Of a stretch of DNA of 64,000 nt, positions 40,901-53,600 are shown piece by piece; position 1 is the stretch's first letter, and every line of letters begins with the position of its first letter. The notes beneath the pieces are model-generated. The model was not told the origin of the DNA, made no database searches, and was given only the letters and a program-made list of their open reading frames with translations. Position numbers and translations under genes: made by a program. This DNA comes from the human T2T-CHM13v2.0 reference genome, Homo sapiens: the NCBI RefSeq assembly GCF_009914755.1, contig NC_060925.1; one strand, given 5' to 3'.

Positions 40901-43900
40901 ATGATTCCATTCGATTCCACTCGAAGATTCCATTCGATTCCATTCAATGATGATTCCATTCGAGTTCATTAACTATTCCTTTCCATTCCATTCGATGATT
41001 CCATTTGATTCCCTTTGATGATGATTTCAATCAATTTCATTCGATGTTTCCATTGGAATCCATTCGATGATGAGTCCATCATTTTCAATTTCATGATAAT
41101 TCTATTCGTTTCAATTCGATGGTGTTTCCATTCGATTCCATTCGATGTTGGTTATATTAGTTTCCATTGGATGATGATTCCGTTCGAGTCCATTCGACGA
41201 TGATCACGTTGGATTTCATTCCATAATTCTACTCGATTCCATTTGATGATGATTCCATCTGATTCCATTTGATGATTCCATTCGATTCCATTCGATGATG
41301 ATTCCATTCGTTTCCATCCGATGATGGTTTCATTCGATTTCGTTCAATGATTATTCCATTCGAGTCAATTCGATGATTCCATTCGATTCCATTCGATGAT
41401 GATTGCATTCAAGTGCATGGATTATTCCATTCCATTCCATTAGATGATTCCATTCGAGTCCGTTCGATGTTTCTCTGTGGTTCAATTCGATAATTCCGTT
41501 TGATTCCTTTTGATGTTGATTCAATTTGAGTCCATTCGATGATAATTCCATTCGATTCTTTGCGATGTTTCCATTCCATTCCGTTTGAAGATGATTCCAT
41601 TCGAGACCATACGATGATTGCATTCAATTCATTCGATCACGATTCCATTCAATTCCGTTCAATGATTCCATTAGATTCCATTTGATGATGATTCCATTCG
41701 ATTCCATTTGATGATGATTCCATGCGATTCCATTAGATGATGACTCCTTTCATTTCCATTCAATGAGGATTCCATTCGGTTCCATTTGATGATGATTCCT
41801 TTGAATTCCGTTTGATGACAATTCCATTCAATACCAATTGATGATGGTTATTTTTGATTCCATTTGATGATGATTCCATTCGATTCCATTTGATGATGAT
41901 TCCATGCGATTCCATTAGATGATGACTCCTTTCTTTTCCATTCCATGATGATTCCATTCGTTTCCATCCGATGATGATTCCATTCGATTCAGTTCAATGA
42001 GTATTCCATTCGAGTCCATTCGATGATTCCATTCGATTCAATTCGATATTGATTGCATTCGAGTTCATGGATTATTCCATTCCATTCCATTAGATGATTC
42101 CATTCGTGTCCATTCGTTGATTCTCCTCGATTCCATTCGATAATTCCGTTTGATTCCGTTTGACGTTGATTCCATTCGAGTCCATTCAATGATAATTCCA
42201 TTCGATTCTATGCGATGATTCCAGTCCTTTCCATTTGAAGATGATTCCGTTGGAGACAATTCGATGACTGCATTCAATTCATTCGATGATGATTCCCTTC
42301 AATTCCGTTGCATGATTCCATTACATTCTATTTCATGATGATTCCATTCGATGATTCTATTCGATTGCATTCGATAACTCCATTCGATTGCATTCGATAA
42401 TTCCATTCGATTCCATTTGAGGATAATTCCATTTGAGTCCATTCGATTATTGTTCCATTCGATTCTATTCGGTGATTCCATTCGATTCCATTTTATAATG
42501 ATTCCATTCGAGACCACTCGATGATTCCATTCAAGTACATTCGATGATTCCATCTGATTCCATTCAATCAATCCATTCGATTCCATTCTATGATGATTCC
42601 ATTCATTTCCATCTGATGAAGATTCCGTTCGATTCCATTCAATGATTCCATTCGATTCCATTTGATGATTTCAATCAATTTCATTCGATGATTCCATTCG
42701 AATCCATTCGATGATGAGTCCATCTATTTCAATTTTATGATAATTCCATTCGTTTCAATTCGGTGGTGTTTCCATTCGATTCCATTCGATGTTGATTCCA
42801 TTAGTTCCCTTTCGATGATGATTCCATTCGAGTCCTTTCGATGATGATCATATTGGATTTCATTCCATAATTCTATTCGATTCCATTTGATGATGATTCC
42901 ATCTGATTCAATGTGATGATTCCATTCGATTCCATTCGATGATGATTACATTCGTTTCCATCCGATGATGATTCCATTCGATTCCGTTCAATGATTATTC
43001 CATTCGAGTCCATTCGATGATTACATTCGATTCCATTCGATGATGATTGCATTCAAGTCCATGGATTATTCCATTTCATTCCATTAGATGATTGCATTCG
43101 AGTCCATTCGATGATCCTCTTCGATTCCATTCGATAATACTGTTTGATTCCGTTTGATGTTGATTCCATTCGAGTCCATTCAATGATAATTCCATTCGAT
43201 TCTATGCGATGATTCCATTCCTTTCCATTTGAAGATGATTCAATTCGAGACCGTTCGATGATTGCATTCAATTCATTCGATGACGATTCCATTCAATTCT
43301 GTTCAATGATTCCATTAGATTCCATTTGATGATGATTCCATTCGATTCCGTTCAATGATTATTCCATTCGAGTCCATTCGATGATTCCATTCGATACCAT
43401 TTGATGATTCCATTCGATTCCATTCGATGATGATTGCATTCGATTCCATGGATTATTCCATTCCATCCCATTAGATGATTCCATTCGAGTCCATTCGATG
43501 TTTCTCTTCGATTCCATTCGATAATTCCGTTTGATTCCGTTTGATGTTGATTCCATTCGAGTCCATTCAATGATAATTCCATTCGATTCTGTGCGATGAT
43601 TCCATTCCATTCCATTTGAAGATGATTCCATTCGATACCGTTTGATGATTGCATTCAATTCCTTCGATGACGATTCCATTCAATTCCGTTCCATGATTCC
43701 ATTAGATTCCATTTGATGATGATTCCATTCGATTCCATTTGATGATGATTCCATGCGATTCCATTAGATGATGACTCCTTTCATTTCCATTCAGTGAGGA
43801 TTCCATTCGGTTCCATTTGATGATGATTCCTTTGAATTCCATTTGATGACAATTGCATTCAATACCAATTGGTGATGGTAATTTTTGATTCCATTTGATG

Positions 43901-46900
43901 ATGATTACATTCGATTCCATTTGATCATGATTCCATTCGATTCCACTCGATGATACCATTCGATTCCATTCAATGATGATTCCATTCGAGTTCATTGACT
44001 ATTCCATTCCATTCCATTCGATGATTCCATTCGTGTCCATTCGATGATTCTATTCGATTGCATTCGATAATTCCATTCGATTGCATTCGGTAACTCCATA
44101 CGATTCCATTTGAGGATAATTCCATTTGAGTCCATTCGATGATTGTTCCATTCGATTCTATTCGGTGATTCCATTCGACTTCATTTGATAATGATTCCAT
44201 TCGAGACCATTCGATGATTCCATTCAATTCCATTCAATAATGATTCCATTCGAGTCCATTCAATGACTCCATTCAAGTCCATTCGATTATTCCATCTGAT
44301 TCCATTCAATGAATCCGTTCTATTGCATTCTATGATGATTCCATTCATTTCCATCTGATGAAGACTCCATTCGATTCCATTCAATGATTCCATTCGATTC
44401 CATTTGATGATTTCAATCAATTTCATTCGATGATTCCATTCGAATCCATTCGATGTTGAGTCCATCCATTTCAATTTCATGATAATTCCATTCGTTTCAA
44501 TTCGGTGGTGTTTCCATTCGATTCCATTCGATGTTGATTCCATTAGTTCCCTTTTGATGATGATTCCATTCAAGTCCATTCGATGATTCTATTCGATTGC
44601 ATTCGATAATTCCATTCACTTGCATTCGATAATTCCATTCGATTCCATTTGAGGATAATTCCATTTGCGTCCATTCGATGATTGTTCCATTCGATTATAT
44701 TCGGTGATTCCATTCTATTCCATTTGATAATGATTCCGTTCGAGACCATTCGATGATTCCATTCAATAATGATTCCATTCGAGTCCATTCAGTGATTCCA
44801 TTCAAGTCCATTCGATGATTCCATCTCATTGCATTCATTGAATCTATTTCATTCCATTTTTGATGATTCCTTTCATTTCCATCTGATGATGATTCCGTTC
44901 GATTCCATTCAATGATTCCATTTGATTCCATTTGATGATGATTTCAATCAATTTCATTCGATGAGTCCATTCGAATCCATTCGATGATGAGTCCATCCAT
45001 TTCAATTTCATGATAATTCCATTCGTTTCAATTTGATGGTGTTTCCATTCGATTCCATTCGATGTTATTTCCATTAGTTTCCATTGGATGATAATTCCAT
45101 TCGAGTCCATTCCATGATGATCACATTGGATTTCATTCCATAATTCTACTCGATTCCATTTGATGATGATTCCATCTGATTCCATTTGATGATTCCATTC
45201 TATTCCATTCAACGATGATTCCATTCGTTTCCATCCGATGATGATTCCATTCTATTCCGTTCAATGAGTATTCCATTCGATTCCATTCGATGATGATTGC
45301 ATTCAATTCCATGGATTATTCCATTCCCTTCCATTAGATTATTCCATTCGAGTCCATTCGATGATTCTCTTCGATTCCATTTGATAATTCCGTTTGATTC
45401 CATTTGATGTGGATTCCATTCGAGTCCATTTGATGAGAATTCCATTCGATTCTATGCGATGATTCCATTCCTTTCCATTTGAAGATGATTCCATTCGAGA
45501 CCATTCGATGATTGCATTCATTTCATTCGAAGACGATTCCTTTCTATTCCGTTCCATGATTGCATTAGATTCCATTTGATGATGATTCCATTCGATTCCA
45601 TCTGATGATGATTCCATGCGATTCCATTAGATGATGACTCCTTTCATTTCCATTGAATGAGGATTCCATTCGGCTCCATTTGATGATGATTCCTTCGAAT
45701 TCCCTTTGATGACAATTCCATTCAATACCAACTGATGATGGTTATTTTTGATTCCATTTGATGATGATTACGTTCGATTCCATTAGATCATGATTCCATT
45801 CGATTCCACTCGATGATTCCATTCGATTCCATTCAATGATGATTCCATTCGAGTTCATTGACTATTCCATTCCATTTCATTCGATGATTCCATTCGACTC
45901 CATTCGATGATTCTATTCCATTGCATTCAATAATTCCATTTGATTCCATTTGAGGATAATTCCATTTGAGTCCATTCGAACATTGTTCCATTCGATTCTA
46001 TTCGGTGATTCCATTCGATTCCATTTGATAATGATTCCGTTCGAGACCATTTGATGATTCCATTCAATTCCATTCAATAATGATTCCATTCGAGTCCATT
46101 CAATGATTCCATTCAAGTCCATTCGATGATTTCATCTATTTCCATTCAATGAATCCATTCGATTCCATTCTATGATGATTCCCTTCGTTTCCATCTGATG
46201 AAGATTCCATTCGAATCCATTCAATGATTCCATTTGATTCCATTTGATGATGATTTCAATCAATTTCATTCGATGATTCCATTCGAATCCATTCGATGAT
46301 GATTCCATCAATTTCAATTTCATGATAATTCCATTCGTTTCAATTCGATGGTGTTTCCATTCGATTCCATTCGTTGTTGATTCCATTAGTTTCCATTGGA
46401 TGACGATTCCTTTCGATTGCATTCGATGATGATCACATTGGATTTCATTCAATAATTCTACTCAATTCCATTTGATGATGATTCCATCTGATTCCATTTG
46501 ATGATTCCATTCGATTCCGTTCAATGATGATTCCATTCGTTTCCATCCGATGATGATTCTACTCGATTCCGTTCAATGATTATTCCATTCGAGTCCGTTC
46601 GATGATTCCATTCGATTTCATTCGATGATGATTGCATTCGAGTCCATGGATTATTCCATTCCATTCCATTAGATGATTCCTTTCGAGTCCACTCGATGAT
46701 TCTCTTCGATTCCATTTGATAATTCTGTTTGATTCCGTTTGATGTTGATTCCATTCGAGTCCATTCGATGATAATTCCATTCGTTTCTATGCGATGATTC
46801 CATTACATTCCATTTGAAGATGATTCCATTCGAGACCATTCGATGATTGCATTCAATTCATTCGATGACGATTCCATTCAATTCCGTTCAATGATTCAAT

Positions 46901-49900
46901 TAGATTCCATTTGATGATGATTCCATGAGATTCCATTTGATGATGATTCCATGAGATTCCATTAGATGACGACTACTTTCATTTCCATTCGATGATGATT
47001 CCATTCTTTTGCATCCGATGATGATTCCATTCGATTCCGTTCAATGATTATTCCATTTGAGTCCATTCGAAGATTACATTCAATTCTATTCGATGATGAT
47101 TGTATTCGAGTCCATGGATGATTCCATTTCATTCCATTAGTTGTTTCCATTCGAGTCCATTCGATGATCCTCTTCGATTCCATTCGATAATACTGTTTGA
47201 TTCCGTTTCATGTTGATTCCTTTCGAGTCCATTCAATGATAATTCCATTCGCTTCTATGCGATGACTCCATTCCTTTCCATTTGAAGATGATTCCATTCG
47301 AGACCTTTCGATGATTACATTCAATTCATTCAATGACGATTCCATTCAATTCTGTTCAATCATTCCATTAGATTCCATTTTATGATGATTCCATTCGATT
47401 CCATTTGATGATGATTCCATGCGATTCCATTAGATGATGATTCCTTTCATTTCCATTCAATGAGGATTCCATTCGGTTCCATTTGATGATGATTCCTTTG
47501 AATTCCTTTTGATGACAATTCCATTCAATACCAATTGATGATGGTTATTTTTGATTCCATTTGATGATGATTATATTCGATTCCATTTGATCATGAATCC
47601 ATTCGATTCCACTCGATGATTCTATTCGATTTCATTCACTGATGATTCCATTCGTGTTCATTGAATATTCCATTCCATTCCATTCGATGATTCCATTCGA
47701 GTCCATTCGATGATTCTATTTGATTGCATTCGATAATTCCATTCGATTGCATTGGATAATTCCATTCTATTCCATTTGAGGATAATACCATTTGAGTCCA
47801 TTCGATGATTGTTCCATTCGATTCTATTCGGTGATTCCATTCGATGATTCTATTCGGTGAATTCATTTGATAATGATTCCATTCGAGACCATTGGATGAT
47901 TCCATTCAATTCCATTCCATAATGATTCCATTCGAGTCCATTCAATGATTCCATTCAAGTCCATTCGATGATTCCATCTGATTCCATTCAATGAATCCAT
48001 TCGATTCCATTCTATGATGATTCCATTCATTTCCATCTGATGATGATTCCATTCGATTCCATTCGATGATGATCACATTGGATTTCATTCCGTAATTCTA
48101 CTCAATTCCATTTGATGATGATTCTATTTGATTCCATTTGATGATTCCATTCGATTCCATTCAATGATGATTCCATGCGTTTCCATCCGATGATGATTCC
48201 ATTCAATTCCGTTCAATGATTATTCCATTCGAGTCCATTCGATGATTCCATTCGATTCCATTCGATGATGATTGCACTCGAGTACATCGATTATTCCATT
48301 CCATTCCATACGATGATTCCGTTCGATTCCATTCGATGATGACTGCATTCGAGTCCATGGATTATTACATTCCATTCCATTAGACGATTCCATTCGATTC
48401 TATTCGATGATGATTGCATTCGTGTCCATGGATTATTCCATTCCATTCCATTAGATGATTCCATTCGAGTCCCTTCGATGATTCTCTTCGATTCCATTCG
48501 ATAATTCTGTTTGATTCCGTTTGATGTTGATTCCATTCGAGTCCATTCCATGATAATTCCATTCGATTCTATGCGATGATTCCATTCCATTCCATTTGAA
48601 CATGATTCAATTCGAGACCATTCGATGATTGCATTCAATTCATTCGATGATGATTCCATTCAATTCCTTTCAATGATTCCATTAGATTCCATTTGATGAT
48701 GATTCCATGCGATTCCATTAGATGATGACTCCTTTCATTTCCACACGATGATGATGCCATTCGTTTCCATCCGATGATGATTCCATTCGACTCTGTTCAA
48801 TGATTATTCCATTCGAGTCCATTCGATGATTCCATTCAATTCTATTCGATGATGATTGCATTCGAGTTCATGGATTATTCCATTCCATTCCATTAGATGT
48901 CTCCATTCGAGTCCATTCGATGATTCTCTTCGATTCCATTCGATAATTCTGTTTGATTCCGTTTGATGTTGACTCCATTTGAGTCCATTCAATGATAATT
49001 CCATTTGATTCTATGCGATAATTCCATTCCTTTATATTTGAAGATGATTCCATTCGAGACCATTTGATGATTGCATTCAATTCATTCGATGACGATTCCA
49101 TTCAATTCCGTTCAATGATTCAATTAGATTCCATTTGATGAATATTCTATTCGATACCATTTGATGATTCCATGCGATTCCATTAGATGATGACTCCTTT
49201 CATTTCCATTCAATGAGGATTCCATTCGGTTCCACTTGATGATGATTCCTTTGAATTCCATTTGATGACAATTTTATTCAATACCTATTGATGATGGTTA
49301 TTTTTCATTCCATTTGATGATGATTACATTCGATTCCATTTGATCATGATTCCATTCGATTCCACTCGATGATTCCATTCGATTCCATTCAATGATGATT
49401 CCATTCGAGTTCATTGACTGTTCCATTCCATTCCATTCGATGATTCCATTCAAATCCATTCGATGATTCTATTCGATTGCATTCGATAATTCCATTCGAT
49501 TGCATTCAATAATCCCATTCGATTCCATTTGAGGATAATTCTGTTTGAGTCCATTCGATGATTGTTCCATTCGATTCTATACGGTGATTCCGTTCGATTT
49601 CATTTGATAATGATTCCAGTCGAGACCATTCGATGATTTCATTTAATTCCATTTAATGATGATTCCATTTGAGTCCATTCAATGATCCCATTCAAGTCCA
49701 TTTGATGATTCCATCTGATTCCATTCAATGAATCCATTCGATTCCATTTTATGATGATTCCATTCATTTCCGTCTGATGATTATTCCATTCGATTCAGTT
49801 CAATGATTCCATTTGATTCCAACTAATGGTTATTTCAATCAATTTCATTCGATGATTCCATTCGAATCCATTCGATGATGAGTCCATCCATTTCAATTTC

Positions 49901-50643
49901 ATGTTAATTCCATTCGTTTCAATTCGATGGTGTTTCCATTCGATTCCATTCGATGTTGATTCCATTAGTTTCCATTGGATGATGATTCCATTCGTTTCCA
50001 TCCGATGATGTATCTATTCGATTCCGTTCAATGATTATTCCATTCGAGTCCATTCGATGATTCCATTCGATTCTATTCGATGATGATTGCATTCGAGTAC
50101 ATGGATTATTCCATTCCATTCCATTAGATGATTCAATTCGAGTCCATTCGATGATTCTCTTCGATTGCATTCGGTAATTCCATTCCATTGCATTCTATAG
50201 TTCCATTCGATTCCATATGTGGATAATTCCATTTGAGTCCATTCGATGATGTTCCATTCGATTCTATTCGGTCATTCCATTCGATTCCATTTGATAATGA
50301 TTCCATTCGAGACAGTTCGATGATTCCATTCAATTCTATTCAATAATGATTCCATTCGAGTCCATTCAATGATTCCATTCAAGTCCATTCGTTGATTCCA
50401 TCTGATTCCATTCAATGAATCCATTCGATTCCATTCTATGATGATTCCATTCATTTCCATCAGATGATGATTCCATTCGATTCCATTCAATGATTCCATT
50501 CGATTCCATTTGATGATGATTTCAATCAATTTCATTCGATGACTCCATTCGATGATGAGTCCATCCATTTCAATTTCATGATAATTCCATTCGTTTCAAT
50601 TCGATGGTGTTTCCATTCGATTCCATTCGATGTTGATTCCATT
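22921..50643 (-). repeat. Human satellite II (HSat2), ~1.8-kb-unit type (HSat2A-like)
   Basis: Typical ATTCCATTCGATGATG, CATTCGATTC and TTCGAGTCC motifs. The marker TTTGAATTCCATTTGATGACAATTCCATTCAATACC (EcoRI site, with minor variants) occurs 15 times between 24288 and 49253, mean spacing ~1783 bp. The subfamily label is from recollection of the ~1.8-kb EcoRI HSat2 unit. Confidence 0.9.
22948..25993 (-). repeat. Near-exact direct repeat, offset 1825 bp (22948-24168 vs 24773-25993)
   Basis: Six ORF translations are identical at +1825 (e.g. 23247/25072, 23837/25662, 23926/25751). Private variants are shared (CCGTTCGATACC, GATGCTTGC, CCTTACGAG, AATTAATACG). The first mismatch I found is at 24169/25994. 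Confidence 0.92.
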
Positions 50644-53600
50644 CGATTCCATTCATTTGTGATTCCATTCGCTTCCACTCATTGGTGATTCCATTCAATT
50701 CAATTCACTGATTCCATTCGATTTAATTCGACAATGATCCATTCGATTCCATTCGAAGATTCCACTCGATTCCACTTGATGATGATTCCCTTTGATTCCA
50801 TTGATGATTCCACTTGATTCAATTAGATGATGATTGCCTTCGATTCCATTCGATGATAGCATTCAATTCCATTTCTTGATGATACCGTTCAATTCCATTT
50901 GAATATTCCATTTGATTCTGTTAGAGGATTCCATACGATTCCATCTTATTATGATTCTATTCGAGTCCATTCGATGATTTCATTTGAGTCCTTTCAATGA
51001 TTCCATTCGATTCCATTTGATGATTCCATTCACGATCATTTGATTATTATAGTCGAGTATATTCAGTGATTCCACTGGATTTCTTTCGATGATGATCACA
51101 TTTGATTCCATTCAATGATGATTCCAGTCGAGTCCATTCGATGATTCCATTCGATTCCATTCAATGATGATTCCATTCGTGTCCATTTGATGATTCTTTT
51201 CGAGTCCCTTCGTTTATTCCATCCTATTCCATTTGATGATGATTCCATTCGTGTCCATTCGATGATTCCATTCCAATCCATTCGATGATAAGACCATTAG
51301 AGTCCATTCAATGATCATTCCATTTGATTCCGCTAAATGATTCCGTTCGATTCCATTCAATGATTCCCTTCGATTCTTTCCTTGATGATTCCATTAAATT
51401 CCATTTGATGATTCCATTCGATTCTATTCCATAATTATTCCTTTCTATTCCATTTGCTGATGATTCCGTTTGATTCTATTCGATGATGATTTCATTTGAT
51501 TCCATTAGATGACGACTATATTCGATTCCATTCATGATGATTCCAACGGATTCCATTCGATTTCTTCATTCGATTCCATTCGTTGATGATTCCATTAGAT
51601 TCTATTACATGATGATTCCATTAGATTCCATTCGATGATGATTCCATTCGATTCCATTCGATGACGATTCCATTCCATTCCATTCCATGATGATTCCCTT
51701 CGATTCCATTCAATGCTTCCATTCGATTCCATTCGATGATGATTCCATCTTTGTCCGTTCGATTATTCCATTCTTTTCCATTCAATGATGATTCCATTCG
51801 AGAACATTCAGTGATTCCATTGAAATCCATTTGATGATTCCTTTCAATTCCATTCAATGTTGATTCCATTCAGGTCCATTCGATGATTCCATTTCATTTC
51901 ATTCAGTGATGATTCCCTTTGATTGCCTTCAATGCTTCCTTTCTATTCCATTTGATGATGATTCCATTCGAGTCCATTCGATGATTCCATTCGATTCCAT
52001 TCGATGATGATTCCATTCGATAATTGCATTCAATTCCATTCAATGTTTCCTTTCAATTCCACTCGATGTTGATTCCATTGGAGTCCATTCGATGATTCCA
52101 TTTGAGTGCATTCCATGATTGCATTCGATTCCTTTCGATGATGTTTCCTTTGAAGTCCATTCGGTTATTCCATTTTATTTCATTCGATGATGATTCCATT
52201 CGATTCCATTCAATGATGCCATTCGAGTCCAATGTTTCCTTTCGAGTCCATTAAATGATTCCATTCGATTCCATTCGATAATGACCCCCTTTGAATCCAT
52301 TCAATGATGATTCCATTTGATTACATTCGATGATTCCATTTTATTTCATTCGTTGATGATTGCATTCGATTCCATTCGATGATCCCATTCGAGTCCAATG
52401 ATTCCTTTCAAGTCCATTAAATGATTCCATTTGATTCCATTCGATAATGACCCCATTTGAATCCATTCAATGATGATTCCATTGGATTCCATTTAATGAT
52501 TCCATTAGATTCCATTCTTTGTTTTATTTCCATTCTTTCTAATGATGATTCCTTTCTCTTTCATTCGATGATCCCATCTGATTCTAATCCATTATTCCAT
52601 TCAATCCCATTTGATGAAAATTCCATTCTATTCCATTCAATGTTGATTGCATTTGATTATATTTGATACTGATTCTATTCGATTCCTTTCGATGATGATT
52701 CTATTCGATTCCATTCGATGATTCCATTCGATTCCATTCGATGATGATTCCATTCGAAACCTTTCGATGATTCCATTCAATTCCATTCAATAATGATTCC
52801 ATTCGAGTCCATTCGATGACTCCATTCAAGTCGATTTGATGATTCCATCTGATTCCATTGGATGATGATTCCATTCAGGTCCATTCGATGATTCTATTCG
52901 ATTCCATTTGGTGATGATTTCATTCGATTCCATTCAATGATTCCATTCGATTCCATTCGATGATGTTTCCAATCAATTCCAATCGATGATTCCCTTCGAA
53001 TCCATTCGATGATGAGTCTATACATTTCAATTCCGTGATGATTCCATTCGATTCAATTCGATGGTGTTTCCATTCGATTCCATTCAAGGTTGATTCCAGT
53101 TGATTCCACTGGATGATGATTTCATTGAAGTCCATTCGATGGTGGTTCCACTTGAGTCCATTTGATGATGATTCCATTCGATTTCATTAGACGATTCTAA
53201 TCAATTCCAATCAATGATGATTCCATCTGATTCCATTCGATGAATCATTCGATTCCATTCGATGATGATTCCATTCGTTTCCATCCGATGATGATTCCAT
53301 TCGATTTCGTTCAATGATTATTCCATTCGAGTCCATTCGTTGATTCCATTCAATATCATTCGATGATGATTCCATTCGTTTCCATCCGATGATGATTCCA
53401 TTCGATTTCGTTCAATGATTATTCCATTCGAGTCCATTCGATGATTCCATTCAATACCATTCGATGATGATTCCATTTGAGTCCATTTGATGATTCCATT
53501 CAAGTCCATTCAATGATTCCATTCGAGTCCATTCAATGATTCCATTCGATTCCATTCAATGAAGATTACATACGAGTCCATTCGATGATTCCATTTGATT

